DNA of 64,000 nucleotides from Felis catus (lineage: Eukaryota): the NCBI RefSeq assembly GCF_018350175.1, contig NC_058368.1, forward strand, positions 144,648,001-144,712,000. Direction: 5' to 3'. Below the pieces are notes generated by a model. That model was not told the DNA's origin and did not search any database. It saw nothing but the letters and a program-made list of their open reading frames with translations. The stretch's first letter is position 1, and every line of letters begins with the position of its first letter. The position numbers and the translations under genes are program-made. Shown one piece after another: positions 27,312 through 40,769 of the stretch.

Positions 27312-28605
27312 AAGGAAACGTTAGGCCTTCCCCATAGTTGACTTAAGTGATATTTATGTGTTTGACAGGATGCAGCTTCAGGGATAATGGACTAAGGAAT
27401 AGGGGTGATAAGACTAATATTAAAATCTTTTTTTTTTTCAAATTTGAATGTACTACCTGTAGGGGCATTAAATAGGCATAATAAATGAAATACCATTTCA
27501 ATCACATATATATGTATCATCTAAAGGGGCTTTAGGATGGGTGATGGACTATTCTCTGGGGCCCAGGACCTCAGTCTAGTCACAACAGGTAGTGCCTGGT
27601 TGCAGATATGCCCTGCTCCAGATGCTCTCGTCATACTGTCTGCTCTGTAGCTGTCTCTTCTTCAGATCTGAGTCCAGTCTGGGCGACATCCAGAAGGCCT
27701 GGTAAATGTGCACTATGAAGCCCACTGAATCTGGTCTGTGGCTATAGGACAGACTATATTTCTGCAGCTTCTTTCACCCAAGGCCAGCTCTGGGCCAGGC
27801 AGGAGGCCTGCCCAGCCCAGCCCAGCCCCCTCCTTATCCCTCCACCCCTGCCCAGACCTTGCTGGCTGTCCTCTTTCAGAGTCCTCAGGAAGCAGGATGA
27901 GGAAGCAGCCCTTTGAGTCATTCTGAAAGCTCTCCTGAAGCGTGCAGCTCCTCCCCAGACTGAGGCAGAGTCATCTGAGGAGTCCCAGCCTGGGCATTCC
28001 AAGTGTCCCTGCTCCCTTGCCTGGGCATGGGTGTTACCAGGGGTGGGTCATCACCCCCAAGGGCCACCCTACCATTCTCCCATGTCCGTGGAAGAGACTC
28101 CAGATCGATGTCGACAACAGTTTTATTTCTTGGCAAACATCAGTTATACTTCTCTAACAAGTTGATGACTATGATCACAAAACAAGGGGTTTGTAGTAGA
28201 AGATAGCCAAGCAAACAAGTCTGTGGTTTGATAATTTGGAAATTAACACGCAGAAAGATTCACCCTGAAAACCACCTGACATGAGACCTCTCCTTTAAGG
28301 TTCCCTAATTCAACAGTGCTTTGTCAATTCTTTACATCCCTGTTTCTTGTGCCATTGCAATGTTTTTCTATGGATTTTCCTCTTTTTGGCTAAATGAGCA
28401 GTGTAGTCACTTTCTCTTCTCCACATGTTATTTTTTTTAACATGAAATTTAACCATAATGCCCCATGTCTGTCACATAACAACAGTCTGACAAAGGTGTC
28501 CCCAGCCACTGTAGAAGGGAATTGAGCATCTTTTGGTAACCCTACCTGTCTTGTCAAAACATAGGAAAATTTTCATGACATACTAATTTATTTGTTTCTT
28601 TCTAG

Positions 28606-28685
28606 ACAAAAGCTCTAATGGACAAACTTCAGAAGACTGTTTCATCTGAAGGAAGATTTAAAAATCTCAGAGAAACCCTTAAAAA
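28606..28685 (+). CDS. RASGRF2: RASGRF2 coding exon ([27 protein letters not shown])
   Basis: branch-point-like tactaat at 28581, ttctag|ACA acceptor, AA|gtatgt donor; 80 bp. Confidence 0.97.
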
Positions 28686-29104
28686 GTATGTTTATTTTAA
28701 TTATTAAGTTATTCATAATGCAAAAATATATTTAAATAATGTTTACAATATACACATAGTGGCCTGCCTCCTACTTTGCTTTGAAAAGAAAAACAAATGG
28801 GAAATAACTTCCATCATCTAGATATTTTCTTAATTTTTCTTTTCATTTGAAATCCTATGCATACAGTGTCTTGTGGATATACTCATGGCATGTAGACTGT
28901 CCCAAGCAAGAAGAAAACATCGCCAGCTTTTACTATAAAATCAAACATGTTTTACTGTAAGAAGTTTCTTGGTTTGATATTTATTAATCTAAGCACAGCA
29001 CATGATTTCTTGTGACTTTTCAAAAATATTCTAGGACCTATTAATTATTGTTATGTATTTGTGGCCTTTTATTGCTGGGTCATTACTGTCTCCTGAGACA
29101 GACC

Positions 29105-29147
<43 letters not shown>

Positions 29148-30014
29148 GAACCTGTTCTCCTGCAGCTGGTTTTCTTATGATCTACTGCACATACTTGACT
29201 TGCTCTGGAAAATGTTAGTCCTGTGATGCCATAAGTAAACAGAAGACTTGTAGGAACAACAACAGCAGTAGAAGAACTACACCAGATCCTTACTCCATGA
29301 CAGACGCCGTGCATAGTGCTCCATGTGTCTGATTTAAGCCTGACAGTGAACTAAAGAGATAAGTTTTATTGTCTCCATTTTACAGATGGGGAGACTGTGG
29401 TTCATAGAGGTTGACCAGCATCACTCAGTACGTGGTCATACTGGGACTCAGACCCAGTTGTCTCTGGTCCAAAAGTCCATGGCCTCACTCTTGACTCTGA
29501 GAAGACCAAGTGCACCCCCCTCAAAAACCAAACACAAGGCATCTATGTAGTGTGCGGTCGTGATATTAATTAAGTCTATACCTTCTAAAACACTGAAATA
29601 CTAACTAAATCAGAACGCAAGCTTTACAAGCTCTAATCACATTGATTTTTCTACCCAGTTCTTTAAAGTTTCCTGTTTACACTCTAGGGAGGTGAGGGCT
29701 CAGGGGGTTCCTACATACTCATACAGCTAGTTTCCAAGTACTGCCAGCACCTGTTTTGTATTTGTCTATAAGGCATCCTGTTGTTTGAACGCGCCATTGT
29801 CTCAAACACATTGTAAAGTATGGGCTGTAATTTTCTATTATAGTCTATTGTGAGATGTATTTAAAACTCTTAATATCAGGAGACTGCTTCTGAAGATGGG
29901 ATTAAAAGACTTTATTCTTCAGGATTGAAGCAGTATACTACATCCTGTTAAACAGGGGAGGGAATTCGATATTTCTGTGAATGAGCTTGAGAACAGTGTT
30001 CCTTGGTTTTGCAG

Positions 30015-30132
30015 CTGTAACCCCCCAGCTGTTCCTTATCTGGGGATGTACCTGACAGACCTAGCATTTATTGAAGAAGGAACACCAAACTTTACCGAGG
30101 AAGGCCTTGTCAATTTCTCCAAAATGAGAATG
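30015..30132 (+). CDS. RASGRF2: RASGRF2 coding exon ([39 protein letters not shown])
   Basis: ttgcag|C acceptor, ATG|gtaggt donor; 118 bp; [11 protein letters not shown]...LVNFSKM CDC25 signature. Confidence 0.98.
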
Positions 30133-30686
30133 GTAGGTAGTAATTTCATAATCAGCCTATTTTGATGACTTCAATGGCTTATAGAGAAGAGGGAGGCTAA
30201 GTCATGGAGGTTACTGTTTGCATTTTCATTTTGAGGTGAAAGAGTTGGGGGCCATCAGGTTTAATACGTGATGTGGCTGATTGTCAGCAGGGCTGTTGCA
30301 GCTTGCATTCTGGGCAAAGGGGTAGGGAATAACTCCAGGGATGACTCTCTAAGATGGAGCAGTGCTGGACAACCAGGTTCTGAGCACCAAGTTAGAAGCA
30401 AGGAGCCCAGGAAAATAACACCCAGAATTTACCACCTGAGGTAAACCACCTGCTGAACCTGAGGTCACCCGGTGCTACCTGTTCTTCTGATTGTGAATGC
30501 AATATCTTCTTGCCGTTTACATTTCATGTGACTCTTTGAAGGGCAAGAAACTCCTGGGCATAGAGAATGATAGGGCACGGCTCCAACACTTCACTGGAGA
30601 AAATGCCTGACTGCTTGTGGGTAGGGCCCAGAAGAATGTGATGCAATCCTTTTGCTTTGCTTTTGTTGTTATTGTTTCTTTATTAG

Positions 30687-30755
30687 ATATCACACATCAT
30701 CAGAGAGATACGCCAGTTCCAGCAGACTTGCTATCGAATAGACCATCAGTCAAAG
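30687..30755 (+). CDS. RASGRF2: RASGRF2 coding exon (ISHIIREIRQFQQTCYRIDHQSK)
   Basis: tattag|ATA acceptor, AAG|gtaata donor; 69 bp = 23 codons. Confidence 0.96.
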
Positions 30756-30779
30756 GTAATATTGTGTGGTTGTTAAGGG

Positions 30780-33450
30780 AATTAATAAATAGAAAAGCGG
30801 AAATTAATGAATTAGAAACAGTGGTAAAGTTGATCAATAATACCAAAAGCTGACTCACAGGAAAGACCAATAAAACAGACAAATCTTTGGCAACTCTGAG
30901 AAAGAAGAAGGAAGGAAAAGAGAGAGACAGAGAAAGAAAGCAGGCAAAAAGAACACCCAATTTATCAAGTTCTAGCAATTGTATATTTTATATTTCTCAT
31001 TAATGTGTCTACACCACCACCCTGGTCCAAGCTACCAATATCTGTTACTTGGTCTACTTGCATTCACTCTAGGATGTAAAATCCATTCTACAAATTACAG
31101 TCGGATAGAACTCTCTGAAACACAAGGTAAAAATATGTTTGTCCCTTGCATAAAATATTTTATAGGTTTTTCATTGCTCTTAGGATAAAGAAAGAAAAGG
31201 TCTAGATGTGTCCAAGAAGTGTTACATTACATGGCCCCTATTCATCTTTCAAGACTCGTCTCACTTTATAGACCCCCTTTCTTTCTCTATCCCAGCCACA
31301 GCTGGGCTTCCCTTCCCTTTCCTTTTTTCATTTTTAATAGATATTATTTTTTAGAATCATTTTAGCTTTACAGAAAAATAGTACAGAAGATTCCCATATA
31401 ACTCAAAGCCAGTTTTTCCTTGTTATTTTATAGAACTTGACAGACTTATCCTGAAACCCATAAGGAAGCTTAGGGGAAAAAAAAAAAAAAACAGACAAGG
31501 ATTTTTTGAAAAATAAGAAGAATAAGAAAGAACTTTCCCTACCAGATACAGACACGTGTCTTAAAACTATAGTGAATAGAACAGGACTATATTGGTGCAG
31601 GAATACAAGTTCAGTGGAGTGGGATACCGTCAAGATGGAGATTTGTCTATATGCAAATCTAATATGGAATAAAGGAGGCATTTACAGAAAGTGCCAGAAA
31701 GAAATTGACCATTCAAGTAAATGGAATAGGAATTTTGGCTCTCCATCTGCTACCATTCACACACCCAAAAATCCAGATGAGCTCATTATCTAAATGTAAA
31801 AGGAAATATTAAATTACGTGAATAAAATATAGGGCAAAATAGTCATGACCTGTAGATTAGAAACACCTTCTTAAGCATTGAATGTAAGAGCTGCAAAAGA
31901 CAAGATTGGTTAAGCTTGCTGCATCAAAATTAAAAACTTCTATGTGACAAAAGGAAATTATTTTAAAAAGCAAAAATAAAACCAGGAGAGGAGGAGATAT
32001 TTTATAACATGTAAAAGAGACAGAATAAAAGTATTCTTATTCGTCTGTAAGAAAAGTATAAACAACTCAGTAGAAAGATAGGCAAAGCTATGAACAGGTG
32101 AGGTAACTCACAGAATAAGAACAAAAATGGCCAGTAAATATTTGAAAAATGTTCGGCTTCGCTGGTGAGAAGGAAGAGAAATGCAAATTCTACTGAGGCA
32201 TCATTTTCACGAATTTTAGAATATTGGTAATATCAAACATGAGTTACAGTGTGTGATACCAGGTACTCTCATATACTATAGGTACAGCAATTTGGGAGGT
32301 TAGTTTACATCATCTTTTAAAATTAAAAATTGACGAACTGAGCAACCAGACTTCTCCTACATTGCCGGTGAGAAGAACATGGTTCATCTACTTTGGAAAA
32401 CTGTGTTGTGTGGATGTTTCTTAAAACATTAAATATGCATCTACGTTAGGACCCAGGAATTCCTCTCCTAGGCGTTTATCCAAATGAAAACATGCTCGTT
32501 GAAAGTCTTGTATAAGATGTTCATAGCATTTCTTAATAATAGCCAAAAATTGGAAATAGCCCAGGTGTCCACAAACAGATGAACTGCTAAACGAACGTGG
32601 TGTATCTACACCGTGCAGCACTGCTCAGCAGTGACAGGACAGACTAATGACACACGCCACAGCATGGATGGACCGCAAAACACTATGCTGAGTGAAAGGA
32701 GCTGGACACCAAGCACACACTTACCTCAAATTCTAGAGTCAACAAAACTAATACCTGGTAACAGAAGTCCTAGCGGTGGCTGCTTCTGGGAGCAGATTGA
32801 CTGGGAAGCTGAAAGAGGGAACTTCGTGGGGTAGCGGGGGTGTCCTGTATTGTGATATATATGCTAGAACCGATCAGACTATTAATTTTACTTATGTAAG
32901 TCATATCGGTAAAATTAAAGAAATATTTCCATGGAAATACTCCAGGCCCCAACATTTTTATCTTAGTGTCATTTCATTTCATTTCATTTTGTCTGTCCCA
33001 AAGGAACATTCCTGAGTGAGCACAGGAAACGTGCTAAGGAGGATTTCACTGTATTTCACTGTCACATTGGGTAATAGTGGGATACTGACAGCAGCTAAAC
33101 ACCCATCAATAAGGGATCGTTAAATAACCTCTGATCACAGGTTAATACTGTATAGCAGTTAACATTCTGTGTACTGACATTCTGTGTAATCAGGGCTCTC
33201 CCGGACTTACAGTCAAGAGATGAAGCCAGAAGAAGATGCACAGTAGGATACCACTAATAAGAGAAAAAAGATTTCTATTAAGTACATTGAATATCTAGAA
33301 AGATAGAACCCTCTGGAGGATACAAACCACATGATAGCAGTGCTGCCTGTGGTTAGGAGCTGGGAGAGGACTGGAAATGTGTGATTGTTGTTGGTTTTTT
33401 TTTTACAATGAGAAAATATTCATGATTTTTAAGAAGTTACATAACATTTT
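30780..33450 (+). mobile_element. Cluster of old, fragmented L1 (and some L2) pieces filling the last RASGRF2 intron
   Basis: A-rich L1 ORF2-like and 3' UTR motifs (gacccaggaattcctctcctagg, atagccaaaaattggaaatagcccaggtgtcc). Confidence 0.7.
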
Positions 33451-33555
33451 TTAAGTGTCTAAGAGAAAATGTTTACTTGTGTCAGATTCCATTCAGAAAA
33501 CGTGAGTACTGGTGTTCTGTAAGAACCAAAAGCTTGGATTTCCCTGTTCCTCCAG

Positions 33556-33648
33556 GTGACTCAGTACCTGCTTGACAAAGCCCTCATCATAGATGAAGAT
33601 ACGCTGTATGAACTGTCACTAAAAATTGAACCTCGGCTCCCTGCTTGA
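33556..33648 (+). CDS. RASGRF2: RASGRF2 terminal coding exon ([30 protein letters not shown])
   Basis: ctccag|GTG acceptor; TGA at 33646-33648; C-terminus [14 protein letters not shown] typical of RASGRF. Confidence 0.98.
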   Translation: MTQYLLDKALIIDEDTLYELSLKIEPRLPA

Positions 33649-35980
33649 AGATCTGGCCTTGCCCCTGACTCCGTAGAATTCTCATGGAAAGTGGGACGGA
33701 CAGAACTGAGCCATGCATGCCATGCCTCCCACCGTGCAGTGTGGACCAGGGATAGAGACAAAGCCAGTCTCCTTTGTCCACTGAAGAAGATGGAACCCAA
33801 CTGGAATTCTGTCTCCAGCCAGGGAAGCCCAGCTGTTTGGGGTCAAAGACAGATGCTTCAGACTTGGGTGGGAAGGTGAAAAGACTGATCCTTAGTAAAG
33901 CTGATGGTACATTTTTCATAAGGGAATGTAATATAGGAGATGCTGGTAGCCATTGTAATGAAGCAGGTAAGAAGGTAGATTTCAGAGTTTGCCCGTGTTC
34001 CGTTAGAACTCAGGGACAAAGATCTGTGGAAAAGGCCTGAGCTGCTTGTCTGGCACTTTACTGGCTTGGGTACAACTACCAACTTTCTCCTAGGGTTTAA
34101 CTGCTTCTGTTATGTTTTCTTTATTATAAGCTTCCAGAAAAGCTGAGGCTTCCTCTTCAGGGATGGACCACCACACGAGCAATTTCAGTGTACAAGCATG
34201 TGCATGGTTTTCAGTGCATTCTAAATATTTACATTGGAGGGATGGCATGTTCTGAAACTGCTTTTTTGGTTTTTAGGCAACAGGATAGGAAAGACGTGAT
34301 GAAAGTCAAGTGAATGCAACTTAAAAAAAAAAAAAAACAAAAACAACTCAATAGGCTTTGCCCGTGGTTCCTGCCTGGCAGCTGACTTCAAGTGGGGCGG
34401 GGCTTCCTCCTGGGGCTGTGGTGCCCAAGAAGCCAGTGCCCTCAGAGAGGCAGGCGCGGAGTTTGCAAAAAGGTGCCTGCACACCTCCCCAAGAACGCTG
34501 TGGGGTAGGACAGAGGGCCACCAAGCGCTGTGGGGGTTTTAGGCTGAGCGATCAGATATCCTTGAAAATTATCACTGCACCTTGCTGTGCTTGTTCCCCA
34601 CCACCCTCCCCGCAGTAATGTGGGGACTTTTTCTTATTTATACAAACCATTTTTCGGCTCACTATGAATACTGGCTGTGTTTTTAAAACGTTGTTTAATG
34701 GGATCTTCTTTTTAAAACCCACACTTCTGTGTGCTGTTGGTAGACAGTTCTTCCCCGGTCATCTTTGTTTTTAACTTTAGGGATATTTATGACTGAAAGT
34801 ACTGGGAGTGTATGGGAAATGGGACCAACCACTCAACAGCTCTTATATCAGAAAACTAAGGGCAGGACTTAGTTCTTCTGTCGTGTGCTGGGGAAGTGAC
34901 CTTACTCTTCCCAGGATTGTTGGTTGTTGAAGAAATAGGGCTATCTCATGTTTACCTCCCTCTTCTCTTCTCAGGGAGATCTCTGCTTTAAAAGAAGAAA
35001 GAGAAAAAGATAACAGAGTTATTGTTACCTGAGCCTATTGCACCTGACATTTTCTCTTAGAGGCATGAAGTATGTTAATGCTGACCATGAAAAAACTGAT
35101 CTATCTAGCTGCTTTCCTTCCTTCTTTGCACTTTAATTATGTTGTTATAACTAATGGCTGACTAATAAATTCAACTTGCTGGCTCATAAGACCCAGTGGA
35201 AATTCTAGCCTTCATAATGTACCATAGAGGTGGAGAATGTATATTTTTCCTGCATGGTAAGCGCCATCTCTGTACATAGCTATATAGTGAAATACCAAGT
35301 AAGCAAAAGAAAATATTTATAATATTTGAAGGCCATTCCAAAAATATTTTCAATAGCTCATATTAGCCAACAGTGTAGCACTAAACCCAAGGAGGGTTAT
35401 TTATGGATGCTTTATTTTTCTTTTTTTGAAAAGCTGCTTGTCTGTTCTCTTTAGTTTCAAATAAGAGGTTGATGCACCTTGATGCATGATAAGCATGGGT
35501 TGTTTGGATCCTAACAATGCATATCTTGCAATTTATTTCTCAGTGTTCAAAAACTGAGCATTCGAACTAATACATGTCAATTGCACCAAGCACCTCAAGG
35601 TCTTGCAGAAGAAAAGGAAAATAAAGGTTAACTTTCTTGGCTCAAAACCAGTCTTGGAAGGTGGACTAAACCAGGAAAAATCCCTGACAGGACCACACGC
35701 ATAGTAGTTTCAGGCAAAACAACATGTGGAAACGTCCATGCGGTCTGCTTTGAGGTCCCCAGAGTCTTCCAGAGGGGAAGAGGTCACTCTGTGTGCACTT
35801 CCCCGGGGAAGTTTGGACCCTTATTTCCCTGACGCAGATGTTCCTGAGGCACTGCAGCCAATCTTACTAAAGAAAAATGGGAGCTAGAGGAATTTCCAAA
35901 GGCTCCTCCCCTTTTGGAGAGCTGTGGTTTCCTCAACGAATGACAAAGCTTTCTCGCCTATTTCCTGCAGAATGTTGGAA

Positions 35981-36012
35981 GCGCCCCCTAGTGGTCATCC
36001 ACGGGCACTGTC
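35981..36012 (-). promoter_or_regulatory. CTCF motif with upstream module
   Basis: Minus strand reads GACAGTGCC-cgtgga-TGACCACTAGGGGGCGC; core matches CCASYAGRKGGCRS exactly. Confidence 0.75.
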
Positions 36013-37554
36013 AATTGCTATGGTGACCCTTAGCGTTTTACTGAGTTATGCGTCCTTCCTGCTTTCTGGAGTCTGAAGCCTTTGCTGGAGCTGCGAAAGT
36101 GAGGACTCCACCTCCAAGGAGCTCCTTTTCATGACCTGTACCATTTCTGGGCCATCTGGGAAAAGAACGTGCATTTTAAAAACCTCACTTTGGTCACGTT
36201 TAAAATCCCCAAGAGCAGTTTGCAGTGCTTCTTCTGATTGTTAAAGCACTCATCCTCTTCTGCCTTGCAAGCTTTGTATTTACTGTTGGAGTGTGCACTC
36301 CCAGCTGTGTCTGCCTATATTCCATTATATGAGACCCATTTCTAAGAGTAGAAGGCAGGTCAGCCTCTCACAACCAAATAGCAAACACTTGAATTGTTAC
36401 CAAATTAACCTAGAAAATCAGAAGTAAAAGCCAATTTCATGCTTTCAGATGAATACCCACATTTTGTACTGTCTATGAAATTATCTTGGGGCTTTTAGGG
36501 GATGCCTTCGGTTATTAACTAAGACATCCACTTTTGCTGCAGGGACAAATCTCTTACTTAAGCCAGTATATTATGTGACAGACTTAGGCATGAAGTAGAA
36601 CGTTGTCACTTGTCCTTAGTGTTTCTCTGAAGGAATTTAAAGGGAGAATTTTAAACTACTGTTGCAATAGTTTTGAGTGGCTCTCACACAAAGCCCCCAG
36701 TACTTTGTTAGATTTCATACATGTTAAAGTACTGCTTAAAAACAAATGAAACTCATAGATACTGAATAACTTGGAAGAGAAAAATCCATCACATTCCAAT
36801 TTGGAGTATATGATGAGGGACCAGTTCGTCTTCTCTCACAAAACTTTGGGTTGGTAATGACTGGGCCACTTTTAAATTCTTAACTGAAAAGAGTAATACA
36901 ATAGAGGGGTTATTCCACCCCCCTGCCAAATCAATGTTTATTTTAAAATAAAGGATTTTATTTAGATTTCTTTTCAAAGTTTGATTTTATCCCCCCTGAA
37001 AAAAAATGATTCTCTTTGCTTTAAATATTTTTTTAATCTAACCTGTGAAGTTTCCCATTTTTACTACTTTTGAAATGGGGTATATTATATATGGGATATA
37101 TATTATGTGGGATAAATAATACATTATTTATGACTAAAGATTAGAGCCAGAACAGAGCCAGGCTAGTGCCCACAGCCAGAAGGAATAAATGAACAAGATT
37201 CATTTTCATTTCAATAAGATACCAGACTGTAAGTTTAGATAATGACTGATTACAGATGCCACTACATGAATCCTGATAATAAGACTTGGGTCAATGAAAT
37301 CTAATCATAGTGTCATTTTTCCATGGCTGTGAGTGACTTAAAATTAAGGCAGGGCATAGCTAAAGTAGAAAACCATTTTGTTGTACGTATAAACACATGG
37401 ATGATTCAGGAAAGTATTTATCTTGGCTACCACACAGCATGACATTAACATTAGGTTGATTGTACTTGACCTCATCTGCTCAAGAAAAAGAATAGTTCTA
37501 CTTGATATTGAACCAGTGTCTTTTGCACAGCCCATTTTGTCTATCCCTAGAAAG

Positions 37555-37800
37555 TCAGTAGTGAAAGAGCTGGACGAGGTGCCCTAGCCCTGAGTCCTAG
37601 GCCCAGATCTACATCTGCAAGCTGGGAGACCTTAGGCCAGCGCCGAAGCCTTCTTGAGCCTCAGTTTCCTCGTCTGCAAAATGAGCTAAGAGTGACTCCT
37701 GTGCTGCCTACCTCACAGGGCTGTCATCAGGACAAAATGGGTTAGACTGTAATCTGTAAAGTGCTGTCCAAATGTGAGGCAACATGATTACCATCCTCAT
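37555..37800. mobile_element. MIR element inside the probable RASGRF2 3' UTR
   Basis: MIR core gagcctcagtttcctcgtctgcaaaatg...cctacctcacagggctg; other MIRs near 4520-4760, 12020-12230, 15940-16110, 29290-29480, 44310-44550, 48190-48380, 50880-51290, 63750-64000. Confidence 0.75.
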
Positions 37801-38140
37801 CTCTCTTTGGCAAAGAATTATTTAAATGTATTTCTTTCTTATTTGTGTGTGCAAGCGTGATGGACAGACCCATGTGTTACTTTGAGAAGTGTATTGTTTG
37901 TGTCCAGTAACTTTGCAAATCTGCTGCCATTTGTGATTCTAACAGAGGGGTTTGTGATGTGTCCTAACACTTGCCAGGTGGGGTGTGGGTTACACCTATA
38001 TGCAAATTAAATTTCGCCTTTCTTGATTCTCAAAAATCTCATGAGTCTCTTCATTTGATTCTTTTTGCACTTTTCTACCTAGTCTTCTTTGTAGCAATGT
38101 GCTTCTTCAGATATTCTTTTACTTCTAAAGCTCAGGAGAA

Positions 38141-38146
38141 AATAAA
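38141..38146 (+). terminator. Candidate distal poly(A) signal of RASGRF2
   Basis: AATAAA, the last one before repeat-rich intergenic DNA begins, preceded by U-rich sequence. Confidence 0.55.
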
Positions 38147-38515
38147 GTTTGGAAGAAGCCCATGTTGTAGGCACTAAAATATCGGAGAATTAAAGGGAAC
38201 CTCAGAAAAAATTTCAAGGGCCATCGGGCCCCATTGTCTTTCCAGTGCTTGAAGCTTTCCTGTGATACCCACAGCTCATGTTTGACCACCTTTGTCCATC
38301 CCCAGGCACAAAGAACTCATTACTTGCCAAACAGCTCTGTTCATTTAATGGCAACTCAACGTTCATGAACAGACTGAGTGTTCAGGTGGACCTAGCCCAG
38401 CCATCATTAGCTCCATCTGAGGCTAAGTTCCTCACCTATAAAAAAAGATACTTATCTGCCCTTAGAATTACTGTAATGGCTACATGGAACAGTATATTTA
38501 AAACTACTCTAACTT

Positions 38516-38703
38516 GGGGCACCTGGGTGGCTTAGTCGGTTAAGCATCTGACTCTTGATTTCGGCTCGGGTCATGATCTCACGCTTCATGAGATCGAGCC
38601 CTACATCAGTCTCTGCACTGACAGCACGGATCAGTGCTTGGGATCTCTCTCTCCCTCTCTCTCTGCCCCTCCCCGTCTGAAATATATAAATATTAAAAAA
38701 ATA
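38516..38703 (+). mobile_element. CanSINE
   Basis: Head, CT tract, A tail. Confidence 0.9.
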
Positions 38704-39890
38704 AAAATACTCTTAACTTTTGTCAAGTAGGTAAAGTTGTGCTAATATTTGGAGCCGAAGAAAGCATGGTGCAGCTGTTGCACACAAGTTGAGAACTGAG
38801 GTAAGGAAGAATTTGGGTTTCTCCTATTTCACTGGCTTCCTTTTCCAATTCTGAAATGAGCAATCCAGCTGGTGCGGACTCATGAGCACAGGTTCTTCGC
38901 ATTTTATTATTCGGCCATCCCACACAGCATTACCCTCACCTGCCACCACATCCAGACTTGGGCTGGATTCAGGAATGGAAAAGAGAATGATCCCAGGACA
39001 GACTTCCTCTAAAGCAAGTTGCAAGCCTCACTTCAGTTCCTGTCCATATGGCAAGAGTCCGCCAAGTGGCCATACTGGCTAGTAGGTATGGGTAGAGCCC
39101 CTGAGCTCTGAAGGGAGTTGGCGGAGATGAGAAAGGGAGAAATGGCATATGAGAGGGATCATGTTTGAAGGATTTCTGAAACTGTGGGATTTCTGTTGAG
39201 TCTGTGTAGAGGTTGCCCCCCCCCCCCGCCCTGTCATAAACTTGAAGATGACCATGTCCCCAAAACAAAAGTGGCACCCCCTTTTCTTAGCAATGTGCCC
39301 ATTTGTCCTCTTCGGACCTTACTAACTCATCTAGAATTACCCTGTAAAAGATGAAGTGTTGAGGTAAGGGGTGGTGGTGCTGGGAAGTGGGGGTGGGGCA
39401 CTAAACATCCATTAGTAAGGAATTGGGGAAAAAAGAAGAGGGTTTCTCATTGTAACTGTCTTTCTTTAAACTCTATATTTCCATAAGCCTCATCATTTTT
39501 TGGATCTGGGATCCAGCTATTTCAGGGCCACTGGATTTATTTCAGTTGGTGTCTGAACTGACTGGAAACCGTGTGCCCACAAAAGAACTATTTTAGGAAG
39601 AAATAAGCCTGGGCTCCCCCTGCCCCACCCCCACACCTTACCCCTCACCTCAACTCACAGAGCTCACTGCCTGTTCTGCTGGGGGGAGGCAGGGGGCCTC
39701 CCAGGGGCAGGAGAGGCCACGGTCCATTATGTCAGAACGTGCAAACCAGAAACTCTGACTCTTTAGATCATGCAATCACTTTTGACAGTCCCAATCTGCA
39801 GTTGTTTTAATGAAATAACATAGAAGAGCCCAGAAAATATTTGAGTAGAGTGTAGAAAGCGTAAGTATTACTCTGTAAAATTTTTATTCC

Positions 39891-40040
39891 GGGGCACCTG
39901 GGTGGCTCAGTCAGTTAAGCATCTGACTCTTAATTTTGGCTCTGGTCATGATCTCATGGTTCGTGAGTTCAAGCCCTACATGGGGCACTGCACTGACTGT
40001 TGCAGAGCCTGCTTAGGATTGTTGCTTTCTCTGAAAATAA
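39891..40040 (+). mobile_element. CanSINE with short CT tract
   Basis: ggggcacctgggtggctcagtcagttaag head. Confidence 0.88.
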
Positions 40041-40588
40041 ATCAATAAACATTTTTAAAAACTTTCAATTCAGTGTAAGCCTGGTCATGATGATAGCATA
40101 TATTTTAACTGAGGTAGGAGCAATACACAGTAAAATGCTTGAATCTTATGTGAACAGCTTGAGGAATTTTTACATATGTGTGCACCCACACAATCACCCC
40201 CCCCAACTCAAGAAACTTTCCAGAGCCCCGAAGGTCCCCTCATGTGCCCTCCCCTCATGTGCCCTCCTCAGTAACCCCATGCAAAGGTAAAATATTTATT
40301 TTTTGCCTGGTTTAGAATTAAAAGAAGCGGAAACTCTGAAAGGAAACCACTCCAGGTAGAAGGTTATTTCTGGGCTCCACCCCCTGCTCCGGGTTGGATC
40401 CTGATTAAAAAGGGAAAGGAACCAGCTGGTGGTGGTGTGCCCCTGGCGTAGAAGCTGGGTACGTGACAGTCGCCAGAGACTTAGGCAGCTCCCTCTGAAA
40501 GGTCAGGCAGGGCTGCTGCCAAAGTCCTCGTGGGTCACAGCTATTTACAGTCAACCTTTCCGGTTTGGGGCGCAAGTCCCAAGGAGGG

Positions 40589-40598
40589 CTATTTTTAA
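40589..40598. promoter_or_regulatory. MEF2 consensus site upstream of CKMT2
   Basis: CTATTTTTAA matches YTA(W)4TAR; near E-box CAGCTG 40423 and AAGGTCA 40499. Confidence 0.6.
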
Positions 40599-40769
40599 GC
40601 AGGGATGTGGCCTGCAGGGCCTTCTGGGCGATATATTAAACTGGTAACGATTGAAAGTGAAATTGTCTAGCAGTCTACCTCAGATTGCCTGATCTAAAAG
40701 AGAAACGTGATTGTTGTCCCCGAACCCAGGCCCTAGACAACAAGTTGGAATCGTCTGGTTCCTGCTAAT

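Larger units (their letters stand above)
33649..38175 (+). other. RASGRF2: RASGRF2 3' UTR (about 4.5 kb if the AATAAA at 38141 is used)
   Basis: Follows the stop codon; no CanSINE or L1 seen over about 4.8 kb unlike the flanking introns; AATAAA at 35164, 35620, 36947, 37184, 38141; exact end not determinable from sequence. Confidence 0.6.
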
